Assembly: GCF_963921235.1 (NCBI RefSeq) | Contig: NC_086115.1 | Location: forward strand, 31,806,001-31,870,000 | DNA from: Mobula hypostoma | Taxonomy: Eukaryota | Reading direction: 5' to 3' | DNA length: 64,000 bases | Part shown: positions 62,502 through 64,000 of the stretch, piece by piece | Layout: each line of letters opens with the position of its first letter | Numbering within the stretch: position 1 is the stretch's first letter | Program-made: the position numbers and the translations under genes | The notes under the pieces: generated by a model | Seen by the model: only the letters and a program-made list of their open reading frames with translations | The model's database searches: none | What the model was told of the DNA's origin: nothing

Positions 62502-62940
62502 ATCCTTTATTTCAGATATTACAGTACATGTACCCAGCAAGTATCCTTTATTTCATATATTTCAGTACGTGTACCCAGCAAGTACTCTTATTTCATATAT
62601 TTCAGTACGTGTACCCAGCAAGTATCCTTGTTTCATATATTTCAGTACGTGTACCCAGCAAGTACTCTTATTTCATATATTTCAGTACGTGTACCCAGCA
62701 AGTATCCTTGTTTCATATATTTCAGTATGTGTACCCAGCAAGTACCCTTGTTTCATATATTTCAGTACGTGTACCCAGCAAGTATCCTTGTTCCATATAT
62801 TTCAGTAGGTGTACCCAGCAAGTACCCTTGTTTCATATATTTCAGTACGTGTACCCAGCAAGTATCCTTGTTCCATATATTTCAGTAGATGTACCCCGCA
62901 AGTATCCTTGTTCCATATATTTCAGTACGTGTACCCAGCA
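62502..62940. repeat. 40-bp minisatellite, ~10.5 copies
   Basis: gtacccagcaagtatccttgtttcatatatttcagtacgt repeated with few variants. Confidence 0.97.
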
Positions 62941-63436
62941 CTACAGCTCAGAGCATTTCCTCTTCACAGTACTTTAAGGACTCCTCTATTAAATGTGATG
63001 CTAGCATATTACAATCTTAAAATATCCTCCAACTGTGGTGGTCCAAGTCTAAAAGAGGTACTTCCTCATACTTGGGTAATTTGTCAGTTGAGTTCTAATC
63101 CAAAGTATAACCTCCGGCAGAGCTGGTCTTCTCAAAGTTAAGATTCACCACATGATTCACTTCATTAAAAAGAGTCAGATATTTCTGTTCTTGTGCCTGC
63201 CTGTAACTTATTCACTTTACAACTAGAAATTGAAATTCCCCATCAATATTCTCTCCCCTCCACCTACTGCCTTATTGATTTAAATGCACAGTTGCACATA
63301 GTCATTCTCTGCCCTTTAGGTTGGGGTCCACAAGAGTTGAAAGCAACCCTGTGGTACAGTAGCTCTAATTAAATCCTGTTGGAGCTCGACTCAATTTGTG
63401 CTTGCAAGATTATGTATTTACAACATCTTCTAACGT

Positions 63437-64000
63437 ACAGTGGATTTGGTTCATTGGAGCAGCCGCTTATTTGGGACAACTCTTAAAGAACAAAAATTAA
63501 TTGAGAAAGTAACCACGATACCCTTTATTTAACTGGGACAGAAGACTGTTGCCAAACAGTTTCTAACTAGCGCCAGACACATGCACTTCAGTGGCTGTTA
63601 GACGCTACATCCTATTTAGAATGAATTGTTTTTAAATAGCATCAGTTGTGTGTGTACGGGTTCAAAAATCTATGAATTTTGTTACTGATAATTGCTGACA
63701 AATAAGCAGTAAAACAATTCAGAACTGTTTTGCTCACTGCAGTTTCAAGCATTCAGGCTTGGAGATGCCAGAACCAGCTGGGAGTGAAAATAGAATAATT
63801 TCACTACTTCACCAAGTTAGGAACTGTGAAAAATTTCAAGGTGTTGACAATCATCTTGAATGTTACAATGAAAATGAAGACTTATAGAGAATGTAATTAT
63901 TGAAAGCATTATATGAAGGCAGTCCATTATCTGCACTAGGTGTCTACACTGACTTTGTTCATGTACAATCAATCAAAAGAACACTCCAGCATATACTGGA
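63437..64000. mobile_element. Probable pogo/Tigger-like non-autonomous element (related inverted fragment at ~17640-17910)
   Basis: TA-cagtgg start; gcttatttgggacaactcttaaagaacaaaa matches the reverse complement of 17860-17895. Confidence 0.5.

Noticed and set aside
62502-62940. Regular 40-bp repeats as a CRISPR array, and ORFs 62528-62977 etc.
   Set aside because: Units are contiguous with no unique spacers, there are no cas genes and the context is eukaryotic; the ORFs are translations of the repeat.

Overview
Eukaryotic, repeat-dense, intronic or intergenic vertebrate DNA. The repeat repertoire (Penelope-like elements with GIY-YIG, CR1, Rex1/Babar, RTE, Nimb, Tx1, HERO/NeSL, Tc1 and tRNA-derived SINEs) suggests a cartilaginous fish, probably a ray; that is an inference. 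I recognised no host protein-coding gene, rRNA, tRNA or CRISPR array, and nearly all of the listed ORFs are transposon fragments or chance reading frames. The main finds are five. (1) A non-coding Tf1/sushi-type LTR element at 50791-54323 (ATCAT target-site duplication, TSD). It has two 1.5-1.9 kb minisatellite-filled LTRs and only 173 bp of internal sequence. Its primer-binding site is complementary to the sequence ~25 nt after the LTR TATA box, which points to tRNA-independent self-priming. An inverted solo LTR of the same family sits at 41939-43260. (2) About 10 minimal type-I hammerhead ribozyme motifs lie in Penelope pseudo-LTRs, including inverted pairs and short fold-back derivatives. 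(3) Several nested insertions have readable TSDs. (4) A fold-back Tc1 remnant, a 31-bp-arm palindrome and a 40-bp minisatellite cluster at 61.4-62.9 kb. (5) A weakly supported, phase-compatible minus-strand exon chain. Boundaries of old repeats are approximate and were read by eye.
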